Source of the DNA: Octopus sinensis | Taxonomy: Eukaryota | Length of the DNA: 64,000 nucleotides | Direction of reading: 5' to 3' | Assembly (NCBI RefSeq): GCF_006345805.1 | Contig: NC_043006.1 | Coordinates: 31,930,001-31,994,000, forward strand | Shown: positions 12,071-39,150 of the stretch, piece after piece | How the letters are laid out: each line of letters opens with the position of its first letter | Position numbering within the stretch: position 1 is the first letter of the stretch | Made by a program: the position numbers and the translations under genes | Notes under the pieces: generated by a model | The model's database searches: none | What the model was told of the DNA's origin: nothing | The model's input: the letters and a program-made list of their open reading frames with translations, nothing else

Positions 12071-15000
12071 AAGTTAATGTAGAAATGAGCTTATCCAAGC
12101 AATTACACAAAACCTTCCAATATCAGTGTTTAGAATTGAAATTGGATTATACAATGCAGATTAGAGTGGATTTGGTCATCAAAACCAACTAGTAAAAGGT
12201 ATGGATATACTTCAGTGAAACCTGCTACTCACTTGACAAGGCTAGTAGTGACACTATGTGTGTGTGTGTGTGTGGGGGGGGGTGATACTGATTATGAATA
12301 TCAAGAATACAGGTGAGGAGAAAATATCTCATGGGAACACTCTGCATACTAAATATAAATACAGTGGGGTCTCCCATAATATAGAGTTGATAAACTAATA
12401 AACTGAATCTACAGTCACTTCAAAATAATTAAATTAAATATTCAAAATTTATCTTAGCTATTTTCGTTCCTGAAGCACAAAATTTATAGACAATTAAGGA
12501 ACATCACAGTTTTGCTGAAATAATTAATACAAGCTGAAGAATTATTTCAAGATTCTTGTTACAAATAGAGCAGTGAATGAATTAAGTGAAGTATTCATAC
12601 AATTGGCAACAAAATGTGTTGTTGAATAGAATACAAATCATTTGTTACACCGGCACAAATAGCATTGTGCAATAGTTTGTCAAGTAATAAAAAGAAATGA
12701 AAAGGTCTTTGAGCAGTATTTGGTTGAATTCTTTAGTGAGGAAAGTGAAAAGCTGTTTTCTGAAGATGATGGATATGAATTTTTATTAAAATGAATCATC
12801 TTCAGATAACACAAGGAAAAACTGTTCTTTAATGATCTCAGAAAAACTAACTATACAATGTGAATACTTTCCTAATTAGGAGTGAAATGGCCAAAATGAT
12901 TAAAGTAACAATTAGCAGCTCAAGGGCCAAGAATGAATAAATTCATTTGAGTCAAAATAATACAAAACCTTATTCTACAAGTTTGGAGTGTCTAGCTCCT
13001 GGTTTCTAGGATATTTGGAATAAAACAGTATCCTAACCATTAGGTGATTAATCTCAATGCCACGCAAAAAGCCATTCACAAATTTTGGTAAATTTCATAG
13101 AACATTTCAGATTTCTGTAAGCTAAATAAATCTTGTAAGTTTACAAATTTTAAAATAAGCTATAGAACTTGCCATGCAAATGAAAGAGGCAAATCTTTTC
13201 TTTCCCAAAGTTTAATTTTTCTCAAGCTACCTTAAAGCCTAGTAGCTTAGGCAAATTATTTGCAAAACCAATTTTCAATGGTGCTTTTTAAATATTATGT
13301 ATGAAAATATCTCCACCATTTTAGGATAATTTACAATTTTTGATTATCTTAAATGAAATAAAATATCAGTTTTTCACAAAACAGCAATGGTAGCAAATTA
13401 AATTATTGTTAATTAACGAGGACAAAGTGGTGTAAAGCAGATAAAACATTAAAAGAAGACAATGGCAGCATGCAGTAGATCTTAATCTGTTCAATATCAT
13501 CAATAGCTCCAAGCAAGATTTAGAAAAATTGTTTCCAATACCTACAGCTAAGCTGTGCTTTTACAGTGGATAAATGGTGAAGACATATCCTACAGTTGTT
13601 TAATTATATCATTTAACCATTTTCTATGCTAAGTAATCTAAAACTGGCTGCTTATTGATAAGGCTTTTCTGAAGCTAAATATTTGGAATTATATTGAATG
13701 GTAATCAGACCAAGTACCAAGAGAATTTTGTTAAAAGGTAAAAAAAAAAAAAAAAAAAGAAACAGTGAAGTATTTTTACAAACTAATGAATGGTTTAGAA
13801 ATCTTGTCATGAAAAGCAAGAGAGAAAGTAAATTCAAAGAGAAAATTAGCAATGAAAAGGGGAGTTCAAATATTTATTAGATCTGTATGCAGTATACATT
13901 TGAATAATCCATGCAAATGACATGCAAGAATTACTGGCTATTAGGAGTGGTGGTCAGTCATTTCAAAATAACTGCACTTGCAGACTTTCAGCCAACTCAA
14001 ATTTATCGTTTAAGTGATTCCAGAGGAACAAAAAACGGTGTTATTGCATGAAGTTGAGCAACAAGCCCACCTTGGTAGGTTGTTATCACATCACAGAAAT
14101 AGGAAAAATAGATTGGGAAGGGTATTGTCAAGGTCAACATAAGATTGCAATGGATATAATATATATTATTTATTGGTTGCAACTAATTTCATGCTAACTA
14201 AGAATCAGTAGAAAATGTATTAACATGCAGTGTTGGAAATATGGGAGGAGGAACACAACTAACATTAGAGAAAATAAAATTAAAATAAAAACAACAACTA
14301 AAATAAAATTCTGCATACAATTTAAAGCTGACTTATAAATATGCAAGAACTCCTCAATAAATGTTTCCAAATATTTTTTCAATTTTTTTTCTTTTTAAAT
14401 TTCCGAATAACAGATGAGTCTATCCCTGCAATTTTCTGATGATACCTACAACCAGATACCCCCTCATATAATGCCAATTATACAGAGAATATATCTATAT
14501 AATTATCACTCTTATTTCTCACATTCTATAGCTGAAGATTATGTATTCAGGCAATGAGATTAGTCGTAGCACAATGGAAATAGGAATAAGGAAACAAATT
14601 TAGATGCCACTTATGGCAATTTTTAAATAAAGATAAATAAAGGTAGCTCAATTTTTGCAAAAAGGAAAGAAAAAAATATTTTATGAAGCAAAGTTAACCT
14701 GGAATGTAATTCTAATGCCATGCCTAAGAATCACAAACAAAAAAAAATTGAACAAAAGTTTAAGAAGCACCCCACCCCCCAGCTAATTATGCAAATGCGG
14801 CAGTAAATACCCCAGGGATAAGTGATGAGTTCATTAGTACCAAAGTGGAAATAGTCTTTGAAGAATGCATTAGTTGTCAGAAATAGGGAAAGGGGCATGG
14901 AATGTCTAACTTGGTTCAGAAAAAAATGGTGTATGTTTGAGAGAAAAAAAAAAACATATAAGCACACTTTAGATTTAAAAGTTTACAGCCAACAGTTAAA

Positions 15001-15344
15001 AAAAAAAAAGAAAGAAAGAAGATGCCATGAGAGGCCAACTGACCAATACCAAGCTGTTAAGTTTTGCTGATTCAATATTTTTTTTTTTCAATAGTTCTGC
15101 TTTATTTCTCTGGGAAAAAAAAAATGATTCTCCACCCTCTATGATTACTAGAATGTCCACATCATTAATTCCAAGCAACTTGAAGGAGGAGACAAAAATT
15201 TACAGGAAAAAAAAAAAAAAGTAAATTAATTAAACTTTAACAGAAAAAGGTTCTGTTATGAACGGAAAAAAAAAACAAAAAAAAAAAAAAGCTGATGGAG
15301 CTGATGGCATTTCAATTTTTTTCAATTTTTTTTTCAATTTTTTT

Positions 15345-15350
15345 TTTATT
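15345..15350 (-). terminator. Candidate polyadenylation signal (AATAAA) of the ARF gene
   Basis: AATAAA on the minus strand about 380 nt after the stop codon; other AATAAA hexamers lie further downstream, so this one is not unique. Confidence 0.3.
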
Positions 15351-15726
15351 TAATTTTCTACCTATTTGCAGCAGTGGTGATAGTGGTAATTTAAAAGAAA
15401 CAGTCACCATCATCACTATCATGGCACAGTGCCATCACCACTGCTGCTGCCGAGAAGAACATTCTGAGTAACCCCTATTAATAGTCTATAGCTTTGACCA
15501 TAAAGAACTATAAATTTATCTTACATTGTGTAAGGGCCAGTTTCCCAACAGGCGAGCGAGAGAAAGAACTGAAACCCTGACACTGAAATTGAATAACAAA
15601 TGAACACGGACTGTACAGACAATGTGAAACTGAGGGAATGAGCAAAAGTGATTGCATACTGACAGGCAGCAGTCAACCCGCAGACAGCCACTTTTGGAAT
15701 TCATACAAACATTTCCTCCTTGGAAC

Positions 15727-29439
<13,713 letters not shown>

Positions 29440-32400
29440 TTAACCTAAAAGGAGAGAGAGAGAGAAAGACAATCTAAAATGCCATTAATATTTCCAAATG
29501 TAGATGCATAAAACATGAAAGATTATTAAATACGCATCATCAATAAAACATTTTATACATTAACAGAGAACTACAACAATCACAACCAAGTGTATGTGGT
29601 TGTTCAATGTGCTAGAAACAACAGCCAAATTTCCCTTAAATCGTGCCCTACCCAGGTTGAAAAAGAAATAACTTGATTCATGCCTGAACTAAAGACAAAT
29701 TGGTCATGACTAGAGCGTTTTGAGCCAAAGGCTGCATATGCAGAATCCATCTGAAGATAATTACTATACAGATAATTAGTGAAATGATTAAGATATAAAG
29801 TTTAACCAGAAAATGGAAATTTCATAAAACTATCTCTAGCATAGAAAAAAAAATCCTGAACAAGATTTTTAAAAAATGACTGGATATATTGACAAATTGA
29901 GAAACCATTTTGCAAAACCATCCATTCCACTTTGGCAGTGGTACAATAACAAATAGTATATCAAAGATTAAAACTTCAGTGCATAGAAATGGGCTTATCT
30001 ATAACTCTGCATTAAAATCTATACAATTCCAAAATGTATTATTTGTAGTGTGTGTTCAAATGATCTCAAAAGTAAGTTACACCAAATATTTGATTCTATA
30101 ATTAATTAATAACAGTAAAATTTGATAAACAACACAAGGAATAAGTGTACAAAATGCAAATTATGAATTTAAGAAAGTAAGCCAAGAGAAATTTAATGTG
30201 AAATTATTTACAGAATGTTTGAGGGGAGATGATACACAAAGAATGGAGATAAAACTGTGCACTAATATTTTACATTGATAGATCTAAGCAGATAAGAGTT
30301 AGAATTAAAAGAAATATTTCCTGCAATTAGCTTAGATTTATATGTTTAATTCAGCTTACTTAGGATGTGTATAAACTCGAACATTTCAATATTAAACTTG
30401 AATGAACTAAAAAACAAATTACCTATCACAACTTTGATGCTAATTATTTCACTTAAAAGTAATCAAGTGCTTTTGTTGTAACAGATTGAGATTTCAAAAG
30501 AATATAAGTCGTTAATTCCCAAACGAACATTTTTAAAAATAAAAATGGTATTTCAAAAATACAATTTATAAACGATCAACAATAAGTTAAATTATTTATT
30601 CCTCAGTCACATATCAACACTGCTTCACAATAATGAATTCATAAGCGTAAAAGTCTTAGACAAATCACCAGAAAGCTGTAAAGTGTTCTGGAACTTAACT
30701 GGGGTAAGAAGGAAAATATGTGTGACACATTTACAAGTCAAACTGTTTAAAAAAGAAAGTAAGAAATACGAAAATCACAACAGGAAATACTTGACTTATT
30801 TAATTGTCTAACACAGCTTATGGCTCCTATTTAAAACTTTGGGGCTATCAGGTTCTGTAATGTATGTATTTATGTGTGTAAAGGAAGAAGGCCTGAGACC
30901 CAAATACTTTATTTGGAAGACGAAAATAGTCCAAATTATCAGTTTTGCTGCAATTTCAATCCAATCTTATATTCTTAGAAAAAAATTGCCTGACCAGGGA
31001 AAAAAAAAATAGAATGCATTTATATAAAGCTATTTCTAATTCTGTATTTTATGCTCACATATGTCAAATATTAAATAGCAAGTTGTGGTCTCTAAACTAG
31101 TTTGTAATTAAATAATTCAAAAAAGATGACACTTTACGTTTTGATAGACTTGTACACTTTCATATCCTAAACTTACTTCCAAGCTAATATTTCTTGAAAC
31201 TACAAAACCTTTCATTATGTTTATAAGTAGAGTAATAACAAGAGATACACACAGACTTTTATTCAATACATAATGCAATACTGTGATATTTCAATTATGA
31301 AATAACACAGAACCACAATATTCACTCTTCATTAAGAGAAAAAAAACACAAAAACCAATTGAGACTGTAAAATTAGCAAAGCTAACAGTGATAGCCTAAA
31401 ATAAGATTTTATGGAAATGTAATGGGCAATAAAAAAAAAAAAACTCAGTGGAATAATCACACAATCATTGAAGAATACTGCCTCTGCATGGAACAATGAT
31501 AACCAAAAGTGTAGTTATAAGAAATTGAATCAACAACTGGTCAGTCTGATTCCGTAAGACTAAGTATTTCACTGAAAATGTTGGCTGTTGTGACCAAAAT
31601 TCAACTGTTCCATTACTTATTTGAATATAAGCAAACATTACATTCCAGTAGTTTAGCTTCTACTAAAGGATTACTTTTGCAAGTGTGTATATTTTTAGGG
31701 CATGGTCAAGAGAAATATCACTAGGGAACAGCATCTAAAAGAAAGGATAATGAAGAGCCTCAATGGCAGCAGAGAGTAAATTAAATGAAGCACTCCAAAA
31801 TAAGGAGTTTCCAACAAGATTCTAGAATATTCTATGACTTTAAGCCAACAATACTGACTTCCTTCATGTCTTCTCCCACTGCCACTTTCCTTGGTGATTT
31901 TGCTTTTCAAAATTCCACATTTTAGAAAATTTGGCAATTCTATAAAAACAATTTGAGCTCTATCACAGAATAATACCAAGAATTCCAAATAGAGAAAATT
32001 GCTAAGACATAGTTTTGAGAGATAACCAGAATGGCCTTTACAAGTTGTTGAATCATAGGATTATGGAAATTTAGGCTTTAGTTTGAAGTGTATTTGGCAA
32101 TCAGAGATTTTGTGGAAATCTGTATTGGAAGACAGAAGACTTTTTTGCCTTTACATAATACAACAATCTTATAAGTCATGAGCAATAATTTGTCATTAAA
32201 AGTGTTAATTTAATCAGAACGCATTTAACCATTTAGCATTGAGATTATTGTCATATGTGATGCTTATTTATTCACATTATTTTGAATTAATCGTGCGTTA
32301 CCTCATAGCATTGAGATTTGATGTGATTGTTTATTTTCAGAAAGACTGTAGGGGAGATATGAGAGGCTGAATTTAACCAGTTCAAACAGAACAGATAGAC

Positions 32401-32542
32401 TATTCAGGCCTGATATGGCTGATCAAGACATTGGCAAACATGGTGTTTTCTACATCAGTAGAAAATGTCAAACCCATATGAAGTTCATCCCTCACCCCAG
32501 TAAAATGTTTTGACATTATTTTGCATTTATGAATTCTATTAA

Positions 32543-32750
32543 CTCTTCAGCATTCAAATTATTGTCAACTGTAATCCTTATTTATTCACATTGTTTTGAA
32601 TGAATTAATTACCTTATAGCTTGAAGATTTTGATGTGATTATTTTTAAAATGAGATTGCAGGATAGATGTGAGGGGCTGGATTGGAGGCATCTGAACATA
32701 AAACAAGTCATATATTTGGGGCTGGTGTGGCCAGTTTAAATGTTAAAGGG
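32543..32750. mobile_element. Second piggyBac-like MITE family; decayed copies at ~32225-32420 and ~6485-6945
   Basis: TTAA|ctcttcagcattcaaa ... tttaaatgttaaaggg|TTAA. Confidence 0.6.
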
Positions 32751-35556
32751 TTAAACATGGTTTGATTTGCAAAGAGAGAAAATTGTCTCCCTACGAGGTA
32801 GTGTTGCCATTTATGTAAGCAACCAACAACTGCAGCCACATCTTTCTCAAATAGGATACAAGTTACTTTTAAAAGCATTTGCTTTTGTTTCGAAAGCAGT
32901 TGTAGCTTCTTGAGAAATGGGAAACATGGTAAATTTTATTAAGAGTCATTAACAAAAAAAAAAACAAAAAACATTTTTAGTCAGGAGGAAAGGCAGTGCC
33001 TAACATCTCTAAAACTAGTGGGAGAGACAGGGGAAGATATTTTCAAAGCAGAGATCTGGTATGAATGCTTACAACAAAGTGGAGAGTTTGCTAAAAATAC
33101 CCAAAGTACCAGGTTTTAGTGATGTTAAGCTAGGCAATGGATTAAGCACACAAATAGCTGGAACAAATACTGACATATCTGGTCAGGCATTTTTACAGTT
33201 CAATTAATCCACCACCCAAAACAGAGATGAAACAAATCCCACAAAGCAGACCATCCAATGCTACAACTGTTCGACCAGTTTACCAGCTAAAGAGTTGCTA
33301 TCCATTTGTTGTAAGTAGCAGTCCAGTGAATCTTTTTTTACAAAAAGCAACCTATCAGGATTAGCTATTTTGTAGTCTCAAATGCAATAACTAAGATTGA
33401 GGCTTGTTTTACAAAAAATGCATTTTTCCCTAAAAGGAGTCAAGATGTTTTATAAAATGATGTCTTTAGATAGCTGCCATTAATCCTCAGTAGAGTTACA
33501 ACCTACATTAACGGTCTCCGAAGTGGTCAATAAATGCCTGGAAACTGCACATCTTATTTTTTATTCGTGCCTAGTGGTTGAAGGTATAAAATTGTTTGGA
33601 GATCCCGATCTACACTATCTAAATATGAGTACATAGATTTCAGATTATTCTGAGATGACTGAAAACATGTCACAGCATTTGTAAGATTACATGCATACTG
33701 ATACAATTTGTCTCAAAGCTAGTATGAAAACTTTCTGTAATTGCCAGTGGAAATTGGTAACAGTCATGTTTCATATTGAGCTCACTTAAAATAACATTGA
33801 GATAGAGTGTGTATTAAATGGTCAATGACAAGCACTGGAAAAATACTAAGACCAGTGTGTATATTGACAGTGGTTGAGAGATCAATGACATGGTATTGAA
33901 ATTTTTGTTACCACACAGTGAGTCACACGATACATGAAGCTGCCTTTGATTAAATAGTTTACTTGATTTGGCATTTGCTTACAAAATACCTCAACAGTGT
34001 AGCAATAGGTTTTGTGCTTTGAGTTAAAGGGGTGAAATTTTAAGGCAAGAAAAATTTGATAACATTACAAAAGTTTGGGGGAGTTATTAGACTGAAATGC
34101 TTGAGACATGAAACTAAGAATTGCATTCCAGCAGAGACTACCAACTTCCAAATGACACCTCTGCATATTGCTGACTAAGCTATTTCCATACCATCACATT
34201 GTTGTCTATGAATGGCTTAGTAACTGAAGCATTTTGCTCAGCAATATCAACTTGAATAAAATTGTCCTCCATGCTTCAATAGCTTAAAGCTAAAGAAATT
34301 TATACAAGTTAGTACACTGGAAATTTGTTTCATTACCTGGATTATAATGGCATTTGATTGGTTTATTAGGCGATTTGCACACCTGAGAAAAATGATATTT
34401 TTTTCTCACACTTATAACATATGGACATCTCTGTCATATTTTACACTCCTAGAAAAAAAAATCCTTGAAAAGTAGCTGTTATAGTAACTTTCTTGCTTAG
34501 AATACTTTGTAACAACAATATTATTTACAAGGATATTTCAGTTATAAACCCTTTAACATTGTTTAAACTTAAGTTTTAAACTCAGGATTGAAATATGACT
34601 ATTTCCAAGTTTCGTGTTTCATTCAACTACTCTGAATATTATACCCGTTACATACATTAAATTTCTCGTGTTCTAGCCCAACAAACACTGCATTCAAGAT
34701 GCATTCTTAACCCTAAGATTAAAAGCTTGGGGAAATTTATCCTATCTGGCTAGATTACCTCAAGTTGTAGTCTGGTACGCGCTACTTACAAGTTTCACTG
34801 GTTTAATTCAAATATCCTTTAGGCAATTATTTGATCGTCCTTATAATATCACAGTGATAAATTCAAATACTTCGTGGGGAATTTTACGCGCTCCAGGTAA
34901 CTTGCATAACTAGTGTTTGAATTCTGAAGAGGCAGACCGCTACCGAACGAGAAGGAATTATGTTGGAGTCCTCCAAAATGACAATAAAAAATCCATCAGG
35001 TACACCTGAGACTTTATTCAACAAATGACGCTACTACTCAACAGCCGGTTTAAGTAAGGGAGAGAATCCGCCCATCACGTGGTACATCAATTATTAAAGG
35101 AAGGTAGAATCACAATACACAAAACTGTACGCAAAATATAATAAAAAAGATGCATTATTTCGAAATTCGAGTTATATCTAGATTCTCAATTTTATTTCAG
35201 ATTGGCGACAGCAGCAACTCTCCCGAAAAAAATTCTGAGCCCTTACCCTATCAAACTAAACTATAGATATAATGCGAAGAAGAGATCGAACATGCAATAA
35301 GCTAATTAACACACTTCTACACTGAACATGGAAAACTATACCAAAATACGAAACAGCGGAGTGGAAACGACAGATCCCCCACCATCGTTCGGTATTATTT
35401 TTTTAACACCTTCGCTTTTAAAAGTATATCGGATTTGCGAAAATTTGTTTAAAAAGGGAGGATTACCCTACTACTAAACCTCAACGCAACTGCTTAGCAT
35501 TAAAATAATTAGGCTTCCAGCGAGAAAGAGACAAAGAGGGAGGGATGTGTTTTTAC

Positions 35557-35620
35557 CTGTCCACGTAGTCGACTTGCGAATGAACATGAAAGTCAGTTAC
35601 ATATATATATAGCAAATTAA
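35557..35620 (-). other. Candidate non-coding 5' exon of ARF (5' boundary unknown)
   Basis: Donor GGACAG|gtaaaa at 35557/35556 in a CpG-enriched unique region; no ATG in the exon part seen; ARF exon at 29444 has an acceptor, so an upstream exon is required. Confidence 0.5.
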
Positions 35621-36173
35621 GATATCGGCGAAATCATCAACGCCTGACTTGATTTGTTAAGCAACAATGCTTTCTTTCCACAATAAAATGTAATGTAATC
35701 AACATCAGTGATAATAGAAACGGCAAAATCTTCATTAAAATTATAGTAGAATTATAAAGAGAACAGTCACACATCAAGATAGTTTGAGCCAATAATCAGG
35801 ATAATCGTTAACAAACGAACAAGAGAACAACACACAGAGACGGGGGGGGATATACATATATATATATGTGTGGAGTCACATGTGTGTAATGAAAGTATGT
35901 GAGTTCGATATCCCCGTTGACGTACGTTTACGGGAAATCTGGAATTCATTAGGTATTTTTCTCTTAAATACGAAACTCGGCCATGCTGTCAAGTTAAGCT
36001 AAAAAGACACGCACACGTGACAGGAATGTGAACTATCTTCCACCGCCCCCAGATTTAAATCTTGCCGATAAAGTCGAATCCCATTGCATCATCTGTTCAA
36101 AATTAACAGGATCAGAGACTAACACAACTGGGTCAACTACAACTTTATATATATACATGTATATATGTGTGTG

Positions 36174-36205
<32 letters not shown>

Positions 36206-36799
36206 TACAGATAGCACAAGTACATGAGGGAGATACATACATATATATATTTGGTGGTGGAGGGGCGTGCACCAGTGTTAATCATTATATTGTCATTCAA
36301 ACTAGCACCACGCCAAGATATTTCATGTTCAAAGACTGAAACCATTATATTATAAGAGCTTACAGATACATGAACATTTTTACAACTAAATGAAGAAAAA
36401 TCCTCTTAGCTACTTCTCGCAAATGGGACACCTATGTAAAACGTACTCATTTATCTCGTTAATATATATATGTTTTTTTAAGCTAGGGTGTGTGCGAGTC
36501 AATTGTGGAAGCTTATGGACAGATCTGAAACGTGGTCGGTCAACTGCAAGTGTTTTTATTGAAGAGTTTTAAAAAAAATAAAGACATTTGTTGATTACTG
36601 AAGCATCTTGAAATTCTAAAACATGCCTTTGCATAACAAAATAAAAACCTGTCGACAATAATGCCATAACTAGCGAAAAACTAGTGAAATGGTCACATAA
36701 AAGCTAACGTCCCTGAACAAGAGAATATGTATATTGTAAATTTTGTAACAATTATAAAGGAATAGAACTATTCGATTAAGTCGCGTGCGTATATATATA

Positions 36800-36848
<49 letters not shown>

Positions 36849-38299
36849 TGTTTGGTCCATAAACGTTGTACAAGCTTGCATAATTGAGTGTTCGATCTAT
36901 GAAATTGGTTGTATAATAGTGCCGATATGAGTACTAGCTGCTCTGATTCACAAATGTTTAAGTGAAAAAAAGGGTGACTTTTCCTGTTTTTAGGCGACAA
37001 ACAGATGAAAGGTAAGCGTGTGATTTAGATGTCGCAGTCTTTCCTAACACGCCCTTCTATCTTTAACGTCGATAACATAATATAATGTCTCTATATAATC
37101 ACACACACACACACACCGACGTCTGTATGATTGTTATAAAGAAGCATCAGGGACAAAGTAAGCAATGAGCAACAGATCAATTTTAAAATAGTTGTGGACA
37201 AAATGATACAATAAATTCAGAAGGAAGGGTTTCGTGGAAGAAACAGCAACAAAACTGGTGGTTTTAATAGAAAATGGAGCCTCCATTTTTAAGTACGACA
37301 CAACCAGATACCTTCGAGGTGATTTATATATCGGCAACTACAGCTAATATACATCATGTATATGTATATATGGTTAACAGTGAGACATGTATATGAGCAA
37401 TGCTTTAACAGTGCATGAGGAGGCAATTTCTGTCGGTTCTTTATTAATAATATAGGAGACAGGATGATATAAACCGATATGTATGCAGCCCACTTAGGGG
37501 CTTGTCCTCGCATTCCAGCTTGGGCAGAAAGCTAAATTTAATACTCAGATTATCAATTTACAATTGACGGTTAGTATGGATTAAAGAAAATGCGGCCGGT
37601 ATATATACATACATACATACGGCACATATATATATACGCAAATGTTTAAAAGAAAAAAAAAAAAAACAGGCGATCAGGATGTCTTTAATAGAAACGATAA
37701 TATCGTAGATAAGTTGGCGACGACCATGGTTTCATTAAAAAAAACCAATGTAAATGTCAATGTCGAGTCGTATGTAATAATAATACAGTTTGGATCGGGA
37801 TATATTGTAGAGGAAAATAATTTTAAAACAGCAGAATTGAAGATCAATGAAAGAGGGGTGGATTTTTTTTTTTATTTCAGAGTTATTGTTAATGTGTGGA
37901 CTAGAAGCAATTGTGATGGGGGACATGACAAGAGAAAGGAATAAGATTAATAATAAATGACAATGTTGGCAACACACAGAATACTCGCGAAACACACACA
38001 CACATAGATATAATATATATATGTGTGTGTGTATGTATGTTATATCTATCTATCTATATATATATATAATAGCAGAAACGCCCTCCATTTTGTCTGATAT
38101 AAAGTGGAAATGATAAAAGCCACTCACACACACGTCGAGCAATATTAGAATACATTAAAATAAAAACCCTCCCGTTTAAGAAACATCACTGACAACAGAA
38201 TGGTTTATGTAGAAATTAAAAAAAAGAACTCAATAAAATAAAGTAAAAATAAAACCTTCTTAACGACGATGTGATTAAAGTGTTTTATCTGCAGCAGTA

Positions 38300-39150
38300 A
38301 ATGTAGACGGTCCAAATGTTTGGAAGTGATTTGGTCTTTCTGCAGCACCGTACCAAGATGGCGGACAAAAAAACGAAGAAGAAGAAGATGGCGTTTTATA
38401 TGCCACGTCAGGTTGTTACTGTTGTGTGTTTTGATTGGTTGGTTAGGACTTCGTAAGAGGTCAACCAGGCCGCCGCCACCAAGCCCCCAACCGCCGCCAC
38501 CTCCATTACTACTGTCGATCCCACCGCCGTCACCTCCATTACTACAGTCGATCCCGCCGCCGCCACCTCCATTACTACTGTCGATCTCGCCGCCGCCTCC
38601 GCCTCCACCATCACGACCACTACCGATCCCGTCGTCGTCGTCACCGTCGACCCCGCTGCCGCAAACTCACCATTCCCGGAAGAACTTAAGGAAATAATTA
38701 TTTCGGATTTCGTTCGATTTTTTAAAAATATGTTTTTTACTCCACCCCTTTTTTTTACTAATAGCTTTATTTTAATTTTTATTAATTTTTTTTTCAATTT
38801 GCTTTTATCGACTACGAAAACTACTATAGAAAGTTTTCTTTATATATTGACTAATCAACGATGGTTTCTAATAAAATGTTGAGTCCTGATCGGTTTTTCA
38901 GCGCATGATCAAACGGATGTGATGACAATATTGATCTCTTGTTTGGAGGCGACACGCAACTTCTCCCATTTTATAAAGGGAATGTATATAATATAAAGGG
39001 AGTTGTGTTGTGTCATTGACGTCTTACAGCAGAAAGCAATCGCAAACAAAGTGTTATTTAATACAATTGAACTGAACAGATTAGACCGGTGATCGATATC
39101 GGTTCGCGGATTCGGCGGCATATTATATCTAGCTTACCTTTCGAGAGTAT
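38300..39150. promoter_or_regulatory. GC/CpG-rich promoter-like island
   Basis: Two YY1-type AAGATGGCG motifs (38354-38364, 38385-38393), CRE-like CCACGTCA (38403-38410), GCC-rich tract, and minus-strand donors ATG|gtgagt (38671/38670) and AAG|gtaagc (39138/39137). Confidence 0.45.
38491..38589 (+). repeat. 33-bp GC-rich minisatellite, 3 copies plus a degenerate fourth
   Basis: ccgccgccacctccattactactgtcgatccca x3 with few substitutions. Confidence 0.9.

Noticed and set aside
12760-12805. 11-bp inverted repeat (ctgaagatgat/atcatcttcag)
   Set aside because: Too short and AT-rich to support a miRNA or other structured RNA call.
34924-34948. CTGAAGA...GAAC hammerhead-like string
   Set aside because: GAAC instead of GAAA, 2-bp stem II, and no stem I, stem III or cleavage triplet.
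38320-38797. Listed Pro-rich (+) and Ala/Val-rich (-) ORFs
   Set aside because: Products of the GCC-rich repeat; non-ATG or poly-A-context starts and no homology signal.
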